Assembly: GCF_001194135.2 (NCBI RefSeq)
Contig: NC_068982.1
Span: 35,710,167 to 35,774,166, forward strand
Length of the DNA stretch: 64,000 nt
DNA from: Octopus bimaculoides
Taxonomy: Eukaryota
Direction of reading: 5' to 3'
A program made the translations under genes and the position numbers. Of this stretch, positions 54,001-64,000 are shown one piece after another (position 1 is the stretch's first letter; every line of letters starts with the position of its first letter). A model generated the notes under the pieces. The model ran no database searches. It was not told the DNA's origin and worked only from the letters and a program-made list of their open reading frames with translations.

Positions 54001-54399
54001 ACATATCCAATTTCGCTGTAAATCTGGTGCCTTGTTACAATATAAGAAATCAATATGGACGAATACTTTTGGCGCTACGATGGCAGCATTAACATTGACC
54101 CTTCCTCCCTTCACCTATCTGTTCAAGTGTGACTGAAAGGAATTAATAAAAGTCACAAAGTCGAGGAGTAAAATCTTTGTTCTCAGTACTTTCAATCTTG
54201 TCCGTTACAGTGCCATTTACGCTATAGTCACATGACATGGAAAAAAGCTACCCAAAAGAAAAGCAGTCCAGTTATGTTTACTCCGTGCTCAGACGACAAC
54301 TGGAAAATCCCACACGCTGCGGCTGAAAGTATGAACCTTTAGAACTTGTTTTATTTTATGCATGTATCCTCATGCAAATAGTTGCATATCTAGACATGC

Positions 54400-54735
54400 T
54401 CTTATATGCTTAAATGATAAACTGCTGGAAAGTTACAGATTTTTACAGTTCCAGTGATGGAATGGATCTGTAGTCTTCGAATCAGCTTTCTCCTTTCTGG
54501 TTTTGAGAAGCCTAATTTTTCAAGATTGGTATTTAGGCAGTGTTACATATTCCAGTACCCCAATAATTACAGGTATAAACCTGAACTTGTAATCTGGATA
54601 GAGTAACTGCAGATTTCTCAATATTTCAGCGTAGGTATCTTCTTTTTCGTTGATCTCTAGTTTTATGTTAACACCCGCTGGGCTGCTGATTTCTACAATT
54701 GTACACAGTTTCTCTTCTCTGCCCCAAATCATTAT
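54400..54735 (-). mobile_element. 3' fragment of a restriction-like-endonuclease (RLE) non-LTR retrotransposon
   Basis: IMIWGREEKLCTIVEISSPAGVNIKLEINEKEDTYAEILRNLQLLYPDYKFRFIPVIIGVLEY, then after a frameshift CLNTNLEKLGFSKPERRKLIRRLQIHSITGTVKIC. Confidence 0.75.
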
Positions 54736-54773
54736 GTATGTGTGTGTGTATGTATGTATGTATGTATGTATGC

Positions 54774-56037
54774 ATGGGTGGTCCTGACAATTCATGCCGA
54801 TTTTTAGTCGTTCATGTTTCAACACGTTAGAACACAGCAAATTTAGCAACACATACAATATGCTTACATTTCCGGTTAGCGCACACTTTCTTTCTCAAAA
54901 GATAGTTATGTCTTGAGAAACAAAGTTTAAAATTACTTAATTCGTGTCAATTTTGCAAAATGGAAGATTATAAGATTCAATTTAGACACTTGATGCTTTT
55001 TTATTACCGTAAAGGCAAAAATGCCTCGCAAGCAACAAAATGATATATGCTGTGTACAGTGAAGGTGCTTTAGTTGACAGAACTATACGGAAGTGGTTCG
55101 ATAAGTTTAGAGTTGGTGATTGTAGCCCTATTGATGAAGAACGCTCAGGCAGACCTTCCCACTTTAAATGACGACCAAATCAAGACAACGCGAGAATTGG
55201 CAGAAACACTAAATTTATCAAAATCCACCATCCATGAACACTTAGTGAAGCTTGGGTACTCAAATTGCAACGATGTTTGGGTACCACATGATCGGAGTGA
55301 AAATAATATTTTAGATCGTATTTCAGTCTGTGATTTGCTGTATAAATGCAATGAAAAGTATCCTTTTTGAAGCAAATTGCGACGGGTGATGAGAAATCGA
55401 TCGTTTACAACAATGTTCAGCGAAAAAGTCCTGGGGTGAGCGACATGAGCCACTTTTAGCCACCTCAAAAGCAGGTTTTCATCCTAAGAAATTCATGCCC
55501 TGCATCTGGTGGGACTAGAAAGGAATCCTGTACTATGAGCTTCTGCCAAGTAACCAGTCAATTAATTTTGGGAAGTACTGCTCGCAACTGGACGATTTAA
55601 CGGCAGCAATTCAAGAAAAACGCCCAGAATTGGCGAACAGGAAAGGTGTTGTTTTGCATCAGGATAATGCCAGACCTCGTGTTTCTTTGGCGACCCGTCA
55701 AAAACGGTTGCAGCTTGGCTAGGATGTGTTACCCCACCCGCCATATTCACCAGACATTGCTCCTACGGATTTTCATTTATTCATGTCCTTGCAAAATAAT
55801 CTCAATGGTAAAAATTTTAATTCTTTGGAGGACATAAAAAAAAACCCACCTTAATGAGTTCTTTGCCAAGAAACCGCCAAAACTCCGGGAAGACGGAATC
55901 TTTAACCTGAAGGAAGATAGAGAAAGGTTGTGCAACAAAATGGTTCATATTTAGTTGAATAAATATTTAATAGTATAATTTTTTTTTTGTCTTTTAATTC
56001 CTCTTAAAAATTGGCATGAACTTTCCGGACAACCTAA
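54774..56037 (+). mobile_element. Full-length (about 1.26 kb) inactive mariner transposon
   Basis: about 31-bp TIRs (left copy degenerate, roughly 6 mismatches), TA at 56038-56039, internal transposase remnant. Confidence 0.92.
54960..55962 (+). pseudogene. Mariner DD34D-type transposase pseudogene
   Basis: MEDYKIQFRHLMLF..., SGRPS, WVPHD, TGDEK, HQDNARP and HPPYSPDIAPTDFHLF motifs, broken by frameshifts and stops. Confidence 0.93.
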
Positions 56038-56705
56038 TATGTATGCTTGTATGTAGCTGAACATTGATGATCGTTCTGACATTTAAATAAAAAACTTGGC
56101 CAAAGACGTAAAAGAAGTCGAACAATTTAATGTAAGGAATATAAGCAGTTAAATGTGGCTGGTAAGGAACAGCAGAGAGATAAGGGAACGTGTCCAGGTG
56201 GATAGAATTTCAGAGATAAATAAAAATTAACCATTGCAGGATAACTTTTGTTTTAAAAAATTGCTCAAGTGTGTCTGTGTGTGCATATGTGTGTGTGTGT
56301 GCGTGCACAGCATAAATAAAAAGTAGAGAAAATGAAGTACGAAATCTTGAGAAAGTGTTAGACGTGGTTCTTTAATAGAGGGACAAAAATCTTTATTTAT
56401 AGTTGTTCGGTTGCAGAAAGGATGTCAAAGATAGGATAGGAATATTTAACACCAAAAGTTAATGTTAGTTGAAATGAAATTCATGAACAGCGACCAATGG
56501 AAATTAATCAGGAAAACAATCAATCAGGGACAAGCTGAATGCGCAATTATGCTTTTGAGCGACTCTTAATAACAAAATATGTAGTCGAATTGATGACGTC
56601 ATCACAGTTAATTTGGCAGGAGATTGAGATGTGGCTAGCGACAATGTAGAAAACATGCATACATATATACATACACACACATACACACACACACACATAC
56701 ATACA

Positions 56706-56736
<31 letters not shown>

Positions 56737-56860
56737 TTATATGGCTCAAAATTGTGCAAAAAGCAAAAAACAAAAGACTGAGACAGATGAGGAAACAACA
56801 AACAGGGTATATTAGTTTGATGCTCAGGAAAAATGGAAGAGTCTGTAATGTACGTGCGTG

Positions 56861-56907
<47 letters not shown>

Positions 56908-56909
<2 letters not shown>

Positions 56910-57120
56910 ACTGAGTAGTCTTATTTTTATCACGTGCTTTCAATGCACTATCAAGCGCAGCTCTATGTGCCTTGGGTATTTATTGTGGTTTGTTTTGATG
57001 CTCTTATTTTTACCGTACCGAAAATGTTTTACGTAGGATGTGTGCAGTACTTAGTTGTGCTATTTTCTGTATGTTATATATACTTGTTAGTCCTGGTGTT
57101 TTTGATATGTATTTGTGTGA
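56908..57120 (-). mobile_element. 3' end of an R4/Dong-like RLE non-LTR retrotransposon next to (TAA)n
   Basis: 57010-57099 minus encodes TPGLTSIYNIQKIAQLSTAHILRKTFSVR*, resembling the QKxxLLGTAxILR C-terminal motif; the 3'UTR ends at an (ATT)n tract. Confidence 0.7.
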
Positions 57121-57125
57121 ATATT

Positions 57126-57172
<47 letters not shown>

Positions 57173-57179
57173 ATTTATT

Positions 57180-57565
57180 AAGGTGGCGAGCTGGCAGAAT
57201 CGTTAGCGGCAGGCGAAATNNNNNNNNNNNNNNNNNNNNNNNNNNNNNNNNNNNNNNNNNNNNNNNNNNNNNNNNNNNNNNNNNNNNNNNNNNNNNNNNN
57301 NNNNNNNNNNNNNNNNNNNNNNNNNNNNNNNNNNNNNNNNNNNNNNNNNNNNNNNNNNNNNNNNNNNNNNNNNNNNNNNNNNNNNNNNNNNNNNNNNNNN
57401 NNNNNNNNCCCGCCGCTACGTCCTGAGTTCAAATTCCGTCGAGATTGACTTCACCTTTCATCCTTTCGGAGTCGATAAATTAAGTACCAGTTGCGTACTG
57501 GGGTAGATCTAATCGACTGGCCTCCTCCCCACAAATTTCAGGCCTTGTGCCTTTCGTAGAAAGGA
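57180..57565 (+). mobile_element. SINE family 2 (aaggtggcgagctggcagaa...ggccttgtgcc, (ATT)n tail), CpG-rich copy containing a gap
   Basis: many copies: 7730-8430 (tandem), 14430-15050(-), 17060-17850, 28595-28785, 30255-30450, 44140-44525, 45430-45670(-), 63440-63850. Confidence 0.8.
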
Positions 57566-58987
57566 TTATTATTATTATCATCATCATCATCATTATTATT
57601 ATTATTATTATTATTAAATTTTGTCTGGAAATTTGTCCTAAGTAAAGGTGAGAGTTGGCGAGGATTAGGTTATTTCAACCATTTGATATTAATCTTTGCC
57701 AAAAATTACTTCGTATAAAAGGTTTCACAACTGTTCCGTCAGTAAGTACGATTTCTTTGCTTTGGCAAGCGATCGCTTGTAAGACACGGCAGAACAATAT
57801 TCCGTTAATTTCTAGTGAAAGGTCAAGCTACTATTTAGTCTCGTTTCTATCAAAGAATTTTCTCTACTAAGAAAATATTATCTGGAGTTATTAAGCAGTT
57901 TGCGATACCTTCTGCCAAATGTTCTGCAGAGATGTAAATATCAGCAGTCACGTGGTACTCTGGGAAAATATAGTCTTTAAAAAAATCGTTACAACTTTCA
58001 CCTGATACATTTGTCGGAAAATAGTAAAACTAACTTATGTAATAGCACCTCCCTCACTGGCATAAAAATAATTCTAAAATGCTTCCTCGAAGTTAGAGAG
58101 GTGTAGCTTTTTGTGACCATATTTCTGTCTTCGTTTCAATTAATTTAGAAAATTAAAAAAACGTAATTTAGTAAAATAACTCCGACGTTATTAAACTGAT
58201 GTCTGGAACATGCAATTTTGATGGAACGTTTTCTTTCAGATTACTGTAGAACAAAAGTTTGTACCANNNNNNNNNNNNNNNNNNNNNNNNNNNNNNNNNN
58301 NNNNNNNNNNNNNNNNNNNNNNNNNNNNNNNNNNNNNNNNNNNNNNNNNNNNNNNNNNNNNNNNNNNNNNNNNNNNNNNNNNNNNNNNNNNNNNNNNNNN
58401 NNNNNNNNNNNNNNNNNNNNNNNNNNNNNNNNNNNNNNNNNNNNGGTAACGGAGGCGAGGAGGAGTAGGAGGAGGAGGAGGAGGAGGAGGAATAGTAGTA
58501 CTAGTTGCGGTTGTTGTTGGAGCTGTTATTAGTGTTACCCTCCGAGTCACTCCTGATCGAACTGAGATGTAGTTGGCGATGACATAATACTGCCCTCGTG
58601 TTTGTTGTTACAATTACTGCTCCCTTGAGTTTCTCATTATGATTACTGATCCCTCGTATTCGTTACTACCCTTACTCTTTGATTTTTGCTTCTAATGTGT
58701 TTTCTTTGTTTGCAGATTAATTTATACTATACTTTTTTTTTCGCTTGTTTCAGTCATTAGACTGCGGCCATGCTGGGGCACCGCCTTGAAGCATTATAGC
58801 CGAATGAACTGACCCCAGTACTTTTTTTATTTTTTTAAGCCTGGTATTTATTCTATCGGTCTCTTTTACCGAACCGCTAAGTCACAGGGACATAAACACA
58901 CCAACACTGGCTGACAAGTTGTGGTGAGAGACAAACACACACACACACACACAAATATATGCATAGATACATACATATCTATGCATA

Positions 58988-59038
<51 letters not shown>

Positions 59039-59140
59039 NNNNNNNNNNNNNNNNNNNNNNNNNNNNNNNNNNNNNNNNNNNNNNNNNNNNNNNNNNNNNN
59101 NNNNNNNNNNNNNNNNNNNNNNNNNNNTATACATACATAT

Positions 59141-59335
59141 GGGAGAATGTACGAAAAAAACAACAACAGACGAGGACAGGTGGTGTAAACAACAAAAGGA
59201 TGTATTAGTTTGACGCTCGGGAATACAGAAAGTCTTTAACGTTTCGAGCTACGCTCTTCAACAGAAAGAATACGGAGAAAACAAGGAGAAAGACACGGAG
59301 AAAAAAAATTGAATGGTGTTTGGTCAACGATCTAT

Positions 59336-59338
<3 letters not shown>
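59141..59338 (-). mobile_element. Short element with hammerhead-like fold, inserted in the microsatellite of a family-1 SINE
   Basis: minus strand tcttt-CTGTTGAA-gagc gta gctc-GAAA-CGTT-aaaga at 59233-59269; degenerate relative near 56770-56852. Confidence 0.6.
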
Positions 59339-59380
<42 letters not shown>

Positions 59381-59589
59381 CGTGCTTCTTTCAGTTTCAT
59401 CTATCAAATCCACTTACAAGAATTTAGTCGGCTCGAAGCTATAGTAAGCACTTGCCCAAGGTGTCACGCCGTGGAACTGAATCCGAAACCATGAGGTTGA
59501 GAAGCAAGCTTCTTACTACACAGCCACTCCTGTGCCCATAGTAGTAAAATTCGTATCGATCTTACGCTTTTTAAGCGATTTTAGATTAG

Positions 59590-59930
59590 ACCTATATCAG
59601 ACACTGCATGCTGCATCGATTCCAAGAGGCTCTTCAACAATGGAAATGTAAGAAATATTCGTTTTATCTCTGGAAATTAACCGGACATGTCAACAATGGT
59701 TTGGCCAGTTTCGCTCGGGAAATTTTTCCCTCGCGAACACCCGTTGATCAAAACGACCAAGTTCTGTCATCACTGATCTTCTGAAGACCAGAGATAAGGA
59801 AAGTTCAAGCAAACTGCACGAGAATTAGCAAAACAATTCAATTCATATCACACTTCGATCATAAAATAATTTTATCAACTCAGAAACGTGTCTAAACTTG
59901 GTTAGTTGGTCGTTCATCATCTGGCTGCTT
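59590..59930 (+). mobile_element. Degenerate mariner transposase N-terminal fragment
   Basis: IRHCMLHRFQ ... TCQQWFGQFRSGNFSL ... ELAKQFNS ... SKLG*LVVHHL; HTH region and a decayed WVPH motif. Confidence 0.7.
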
Positions 59931-60967
59931 CCCATTTTTATCAAAGAATTGCTTTCTTCTACAGAAGTATGCTATATTTATTTAGTGCGCTTGTTCTACA
60001 TTCAGTCATTAAATTATTGAGGCTGCGTAATCAGAAATTTCACTCTTTAGATGGCGTAGAAAAGAATTTGGATCAATTTCAAGTTGTGCCAGGCGGAGCA
60101 TGAGTAAAATACTGAGTGAAATATATATTAGTTCTATACAAGCACATGTGTGCGTGCAAAACTTATATATGTACTCGGTTATGCTGAAATTGTCATTATT
60201 AGAATGAAATGATATATTTGTCGTCATTAAAGTGAAACTATATTTTACTCCATCCATTTCCAATTACATGAAGCTTAAGTTTTAAGCTATGCGTATCCTA
60301 TATTTAAATTCATTAACAGCTCTTGTGTTTCAGTCCTCCTCCTTATATATTAGTAGATCTCAATTTCTTATCTACAAAATTAAAATGAATATTAAACCTA
60401 TATACACAGAAAGAACTTTAAAAAAAATTCTTACGATCAGGAAGAAGTTGCTTTGTTTTGAGTATAACTGTCACATGCTAGTATCCTGTACCGTTAGTTG
60501 TAATCATATCTTCCTGAAAGTACAAAACAGAGGGAATAAAAACCATCAAAAGTTAACACAAAAGAATAGTGTGTATAAATTAAATATAAACATACATTTA
60601 GACAAAACACAACGGGGAATGAAATTGAATGAGCACCAATGGTACCTGGAATTCTCATTTGGTATGCACATTGGTACCGATCGTTTAACGAGCACACGCA
60701 AATTTCTTCTAAAATATGCTACTTTAAACCGAAGTTGAAGAATCACGCGCACGCGAGAAATATTTCGTATGCGTTCAAATTTGAAACCGCCCGTTGATGA
60801 CGTCTCTGAAAATTTATATGAAAAAGAGAACAGTTTAAGCCTTAAGACCAAAATAATATTCGTGCATATCTATCCTTTCATAAAATTAGAAAATATGCAG
60901 CTTATTTATTATTATGCTCACAACGCGGCGCATCCTCAGGTTCTTATCATTTATAATTCACCCATGA

Positions 60968-61335
60968 GTGGTGGCGCAATAGCCCAGTGGTTACGGCAGC
61001 GGACTCGCGGTTTCGATTCCCAGACCGGGCGTTGTGAGTGTTTATTGAGCGAAAACACCTAGAGCTCCATGAGGCTCCGGCAGGGGATGGTGGCGAACCC
61101 TGCTGTACTCTTTCACCACAACTTTCTCTCACTCTTACTTCCTGTTTCTGTTGTACCTATATTTCAAAGGGTCAGCCTTGTCACACTGTGTCACGCTGAA
61201 TATCCCCGAGAACTACGTTAAGGGTACACGTGTCTGTGGAGTGCTCAGCCACTTGCACGTTAATTTCACGAGTTCCGTTGATCGGATCAACTGGAGCCCT
61301 CGAAGTCGTAAGCGACGGAGTGCCAACAACAACAA
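60968..61335 (+). mobile_element. tRNA-derived SINE, family 3, complete copy with (CAA)n tail
   Basis: collinear with 49121-49459; ends gacggagtgccaacaacaacaa. Confidence 0.85.
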
Positions 61336-63912
61336 TCTAAAACGATGCCTTACCTTTACTATAAAGTAATGCAATTCGTTGTTAAAACTGCATGTACAGT
61401 TGTCTGTCTTCCCTCTATAACCATACTAGAATCTTTTCAAATTTACTGTTTAGTAGCTAGTGCACTGTGAGCTTTACAGGATAATTCTAGTCGAGTGTCT
61501 AAAATGTAATCTTTGAACAGTCCCAGTTCAATTATAAACTCGCTTATTTCCACTGTATTGTCGATTTATTATGCTAACTATTTTTCTTCCTCGAAGTATC
61601 TTGTCCACTTACGTCTATAACTTAATATAGATATAGGCACATATGTTCTTTGAACTTTCCCAGTTCAATTATAAACTCATTGAGTTTTGTTGTATTGTCC
61701 AGCTTAATATTCATTTTTATTCTTATAATTTAGAATCGGTGTTGAACAACAGAGATGTTTAGAGCAATAAAACGACAAACTAAATTAACAGTTCAAGCAA
61801 AACGATAACATCGATCTCGCCGGTCTCGAAGGGTCTGGAAAGGCAATGAGCTCGGCTCCTTCCTTCAAGCAAAACCAAAAAAAAGTCTGCTGTTCCTCGT
61901 TACTTTTTCCTTCTTCAGAGCCTCTTGTCCACCTCAGTCTATGTTTAAATTTAAATATATACATGCATATTTCCTTTGAGCAGTCACAGTTCAATTATAA
62001 ATGCATTGATTTGCGTTGTATTCTCTTTTTAACTCTTCTATTACAACAACCATGTAAAGCAATGGAAATGATTGTAAAGGTAAAACGACAGTATTAAGTC
62101 TCGGACATCTTGATTCCGAATTCAAATTCCAGGAGAGTTGGATTTGTTTGTCATCAGTGATAAGTCAATAAAACAAATAACGCTATTTATATTACTAAAC
62201 TAATATCATTCATGATTTATGTTAATAACTTATAAAAGATATTCATTAATTCTTAAAGTATAAAAGCCAACACTTTACTCAAATACTGATAACCTGAACT
62301 TCCTCTTATTTAAATTATTCTTTTTCTCTTTGAATTGTTTTGGAAATACAGAACAAGCCATCAGTCATTCTTTTTTTTCTTTTTTGCCCTTCATTCATCA
62401 ATTATATTTGCTATTCTAAAAGAGTGGTTGATAATGTTTGCTTAAATGGAAAGAGTTATAAAATATATTGTTAGCCATGTTTATTTTTAAGTCTGTTTTT
62501 CTATTCTTCTAACTTTCTCCTTGGCAATTATGCTACATTACATGCTGTGTATATTATGCAACAATTGTATTTCAGTATCGAAATACTTGTAGCGACTCAA
62601 GAAATACATAACTCCTATCGTGATCATTTAAATGATCCGCAGAATAGACAGACAAAACAGTTGTTATACGTCAGAATTTACCTGTCGTTGAAACAATATC
62701 ATGACCTATAGCTAGTTTTTGGGAAACGTACAGATGTTGCAGCATTCATTTCCTTCCCCTACAAATCTCAGTCATTGTGTCGGGTCGGATAAACAACGAG
62801 CATCTACTAAAATGTGCTTTCATTGAATAACTACGACACAGTAATAGCGCAAAATGTCATGAAACAGATTTGCTTGTAGAACTCTCCAGACTAATAAATT
62901 GATGCGATTGGTGTTTGATTTTAAATTTTACAGGTTGATGTTGAAAAGAAAACGTTGGCATGGAATAAGTTTCGAAGGTTTTTTATTCTGGGAAGGAAGG
63001 GTAGGATTAGTACAAGTCTGAGGAGAGTTGAGATATTGGGAGCCAAAGAAAGCTTCTCTAGCATAGACTGCAATGCGACAGATGACTTCCGTTATAAGAA
63101 ATAAGTAACAATTGAAGCCTAAAAGTGTGGTTTGAGTGGAAGACCTTACCGCTGGCAACTTTGCTTTCGCTAAAATTCTCGAGGATAACATACACGTACC
63201 ACAAGAGTGGGACAAAAAGAAATCAGGTCACCGAGAGATCTGAATTTACATAAACCGTACATTTAGCCACAAAATAAGAAAGGAAACTTGAGGTATCTGG
63301 AAAAAGGAAAAATATACTGTAAACGCAAAACAAAAAACACTGATTACATTGATGCCAAAATATGGTTTTCTAATGAAATTGTCTCAGTTCCAGATTTATT
63401 ACTACTAAAAACTTCATAACTAACATTAATGTTGTAGTTTTTAGTGGTAGATGGTTTGCTTTTCGTCTGTCTTTACATTCTGAGTTTAAATTCCACTTAA
63501 GCCGACGTTGCCTGTCATCATTCCGAGGTCGATAAAATAAGTGTGAACTGAACAATGGGGTTGAAGTAATCGATTTATCCCCTCCCCCGAATGTGCTGGC
63601 CTCGTGCCAAAATTTGAAACCAACATTAGATCATTTGCTTAAAGGTGGCATGCTAGCAGAATTGTTAGCACGCCGGGCAAAATACTTTGCGGCATTTCGT
63701 CCGTCAATATGTTCTGAGTTCAAATTCCGCCGACGTCGATTTTGTCTTTCATCTTTTAGGGGTCAATAAAATAAGTACCAGTCGAGCACAGGGGTCGATG
63801 TCATCGACTTACGCCCCTCCCCGAAATTGCTGACCTAGTTTGAAATTGATATTAAATTGTTTGCTTAATTTTTTTTTTAATTTGGCAGAAAGCAATTTTC
63901 AAAGTAACAACA

Positions 63913-64000
63913 TACGAGGGGGTACCCAAAAGAAACCGGAATTTCGCAATATTGTTTTATTCACTTAAGTTCTACACGTTTACACTTTTATCACCTTCAA
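63913..64000 (-). mobile_element. Terminal end of a mariner-like element running off the window
   Basis: TA-cgaggggggtacccaaaa TIR-like start; reverse strand reads FEGDKSV*, like a mariner transposase C-terminus. Confidence 0.55.

Overview
AT-rich, intron-rich metazoan genomic DNA with about ten N-gaps flanked by microsatellites. The repeat landscape (tRNA-headed SINEs, (AT)n/(CA)n/(ATT)n tracts) suggests an octopus/coleoid cephalopod draft assembly; this is inferred, not proven. On the + strand, eight GT-AG exons between 3274 and 24976 join in frame to give the C-terminal half of a NELL1/NELL2-like protein (four EGF/cbEGF repeats, then VWC domains, ending RGHICCSFNQTCTALERSP*). The 5' exons lie upstream of the window or in gaps. 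The rest is mostly repeats: several SINE families, a full-length but dead mariner, other mariner/Tc1 and non-LTR remnants, piggyBac-type and foldback MITEs, and a 29-bp minisatellite. Almost all ORFs in the supplied track are microsatellite, gap or repeat artefacts. Most interesting: three different short retroelement families carry minimal type I hammerhead-ribozyme folds of the Penelope-associated kind, one fused behind a tRNA-like Pol III head. Also notable are a foldback element centred on a (CCCTAA)n/(TTAGGG)n palindrome and a candidate spliced minus-strand transcript starting near 47.74 kb at a visible CpG-content boundary. All calls were made by eye; no searches or folding programs were run.
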